From Ophelia neglecta (Eukaryota): 64,000 bases of DNA. The stretch is taken from contig OZ260667.1 in assembly GCA_965285935.1 (NCBI GenBank), positions 50,902,001 to 50,966,000 of the forward strand, read 5' to 3'. The translations under genes were made by a program, and so were the position numbers. Position 1 is the stretch's first letter; every line of letters begins with the position of its first letter. Positions 61,471 through 64,000 of this stretch are shown in pieces. Below the pieces are notes generated by a model. It saw nothing but the letters and a program-made list of their open reading frames with translations, was not told the origin of the DNA and did not search any database.

Positions 61471-61846
61471 ACACTGCATATGCCCGCACAACTCATTTTG
61501 GATATATATATTTATATATATAAACCCGGTTCCACACAGAATGAGGGGCATCTGCTATAGAGGTGGGGGGGGGGGGGGGGGCACATATCCTATAAAGTGG
61601 ATGGAGGGGGGGGGGGGAGGGGTTACAAGAATCAGCGCGGTCTCTGATGGGGGCAGTCATTCCGGATCTAATCGCATGGAGGGGTGGGTCTACCCGATGA
61701 GTTTTCGCAGGAGTCACCAGTATCCAGAAATTCGGTGGAATGTACACCGCCGATATTTTGCCTCCGATTTTTCGAAATGCTTTAGTAAATTGGTCTGTCA
61801 TGTGGAAACTAACTTTTATGAATTAATAAATTTATTTCTGATGACA

Positions 61847-62335
61847 ATAAACTTTAAAACTCTGGCTCCCTGTAAATGAATTATATTATTATATATAACA
61901 ATATGGTATGTTTGGTATTACTACGCCACGCAAGACTAGAAACTATATTGTAGTAATTAACATCAGCGGTACATTGCTCTCAGCAAATTAACATTATGAA
62001 TAGGCCCTATATACTACATACATTTTTTATTACACTGTACTCGGCCCATTGAGCGTTACAAACCTTTGCATTGTAAGAAATATGTAAAGATCTAACAGGT
62101 AACAAAATCTCTAGACCAACTGATTATGGTTATGAGCTTCCTTCCGACATCGAGCTTCCGTCACATTCTTTTTTTGATTATTGGCACTTGACCTTTTTTG
62201 ACCATTTTTCTATAGTTAATACACTGGAATTGTTTTCTGTTGTTGCCAATATAATTTTTACCAAAGGGTAGACTCTATTTCCCTGATAAGAAAATATACA
62301 TATATTTAAAGAGTGAACGTTTTTGGTTTTGTTGG
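61847..62335 (+). repeat. Dispersed direct repeat, copy 2
   Basis: Colinear with 56385-57260 apart from the extra segment in copy 1. Confidence 0.85.
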
Positions 62336-63022
62336 TTTTTATTTATTGAAGTTAAGGATGGTGTAGGGAAGGGGGGTTATATGTGATTTACGGTAATGGT
62401 CTGCCTAACAGCTGATTGGTCTTAAGCACTCAGAATGAATACGTTTTAATTCCGTTATAAGGGATTGTTACAACCTTTTCCCACATTATTTTATTCTGGT
62501 GTTTTATCATATTTACCGCCCTCCCCCTTCCTTTCTCCATATAGATGCTCAGCCGTCCTGCTCAATGCGATCATACTGACCTTATTTTTGTTTACAGGAG
62601 CCTTTGAAGGATTTAGAGAAGGTCAGCCCGACCTCCTCTCTCATGTCTGTCTTTACGAGAGTGTAATAAGGATGTGTTCCCTCCCCTAGGGGTTAGTACC
62701 CCATTCTGGAGGAAGGACACTTATCCAATACCATTCTCGTAAACACGTACTACCTCCATGTACAAGTTCGATAGGACTGACAATGCATATAATATGTAAC
62801 TATTTACTTTCACAAGAGACCTAAGACAAAATGTTGTACTGCTAGTAGTAAGTATTCGAGATTGAAAGGAGTAATTATCTTCGAAGTATTGATAGAACCT
62901 TTCACTCTATTGAAATCTGCATATATTTCCAGCTCAATTAACACGAGCTGATGTACACGTACCTAAACATGCATGACTACACATACCTGGTTCCGTATAG
63001 GAGAATTGACAAGGAGCGGTAT

Positions 63023-63080
63023 ATTCGTGCAGTCGAATCACCTCGGCACTATCGCGCCTCGGTGATTCGATCTCACGAAT
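63023..63080. repeat. Stem-loop/palindromic element, probably part of a non-autonomous repeat
   Basis: ATTCGTG...TCGAATCACC-[18-nt loop]-GGTGATTCGA...CACGAAT. Confidence 0.6.
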
Positions 63081-64000
63081 CTATCTAGATGGATAATTAT
63101 TGGTCTAATATGGTTTCAAACTGTGATGATCTTTTTACTGTGCAAAGCTTTTTTTACTCATGTTGCCGGTGAGAGTGAGGAAGAAATCCAGATGGAAGTA
63201 TTTTACCCCTAAAAAACCTGCCATTGGATGTTTGAAAACAAAGCCAGAATTCAACCAATTTGTCCAGACATATCCGAGGAAGAACTGAACAAATGTGAAC
63301 ATATCAAAGCAGTCAATTATTAGTGTAAGACCAGCAAGCTGAAAAGTGGCGGGTCACGTTGATTTTTTTTTTCTTTTTACTATTGAGCAATATGGAAATG
63401 GACACATATGAAAAAATAACACATACAGTATACCCCTTATATTAAAGTAGGCCTATATTTTCCTGCTTTTTTTAGTGTCGCCAAATCTACGATGGACAAT
63501 CCAAGATGGGCTAGTGCTGCCACACTGCGGAGTTTTAGCACGGAAAATTATTTGTACACCCATTTGAGGAAGTGGCTTTACTCTCATGTGGATGATAATG
63601 TTGAGCTACAGAAGTATGGTACGGTCCAATACCAATAAAAAGTAGGCCGATGCGTTTAATATATACAGTGGTGGTATATTTGATATGTAGGTCTATATAT
63701 ACGGTATCTATATAGTTTTTACAAATAGTCACTGCAATAATAAAACATGCTTTATAATATCGGTAATTGCTTAACAGGCATATTTACACAATGAGCGATC
63801 TGCAGTTAATCACTTATATACGTATTCACGTACTACATAGGTATATCAATAATGTGAAAAATACTTAGATCAGACAAATAAGTTTACAGAAGAGCGAAGT
63901 AGATCTCACGACACAATAAAGTTATAATGATACATTATGATCAGTGTCTACCTTTCTGTACTTCATGAGAATTAAAAGTATATATGAGCTTTTCAATTAC

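Noticed and set aside
56385-62335. LTR retrotransposon bounded by the two direct repeats
   Set aside because: No TG...CA termini, PBS/PPT or gag-pol remnants seen.
20-63732. The many 60-145-aa ORFs in the track (poly-Pro/Gly, antisense to real exons, or inside repeats)
   Set aside because: No recognisable domains, often non-ATG starts, and explained by homopolymer tracts, repeats or antisense shadows of real CDS.

Overview
AT-rich eukaryotic (probably marine invertebrate/lophotrochozoan-like) genomic DNA with spliced genes and many transposon relics; the taxon is inferred only from repeat style. Genes: (1) a 3-exon vitamin K epoxide reductase (VKORC1-like, +, 798-3679, 174 aa); (2) a 16-exon SLC5A/SGLT-type sodium/sugar cotransporter (-, 40508 to 12083), reconstructed exon by exon; (3) a 1111-aa single-ORF protein with ~18 C2H2 zinc fingers (+, 44629-47964); (4) an uncharacterised 257-aa basic protein with internal repeats (-, 51269-52042). 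The most striking observation is in the SGLT gene: exon 8, which encodes the glycosylated extracellular loop and the sugar-binding helix ending in WYWCxDQ, is present as three intact, diverged tandem copies (248, 230 and 212 nt). All are 3n+2 long with the same phases, so only one can be used per in-frame mRNA: a mutually exclusive exon cluster that could make three transporter variants from one gene. The introns around the middle copy carry a perfect 13-nt complementary pair and a cluster of ACUAAY (STAR/QKI-type) and UGCAUG (Rbfox-type) motifs, a candidate selection mechanism. Mobile DNA includes a tRNA-derived SINE with a 9-bp TSD, a 2.15-kb non-autonomous DNA transposon with 294-bp TIRs and a 6-bp TSD, a Harbinger MITE, a truncated LINE nested in a MITE, and a Penelope GIY-YIG fragment followed by a minimal hammerhead ribozyme. 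All coordinates were read by hand; no searches were run.
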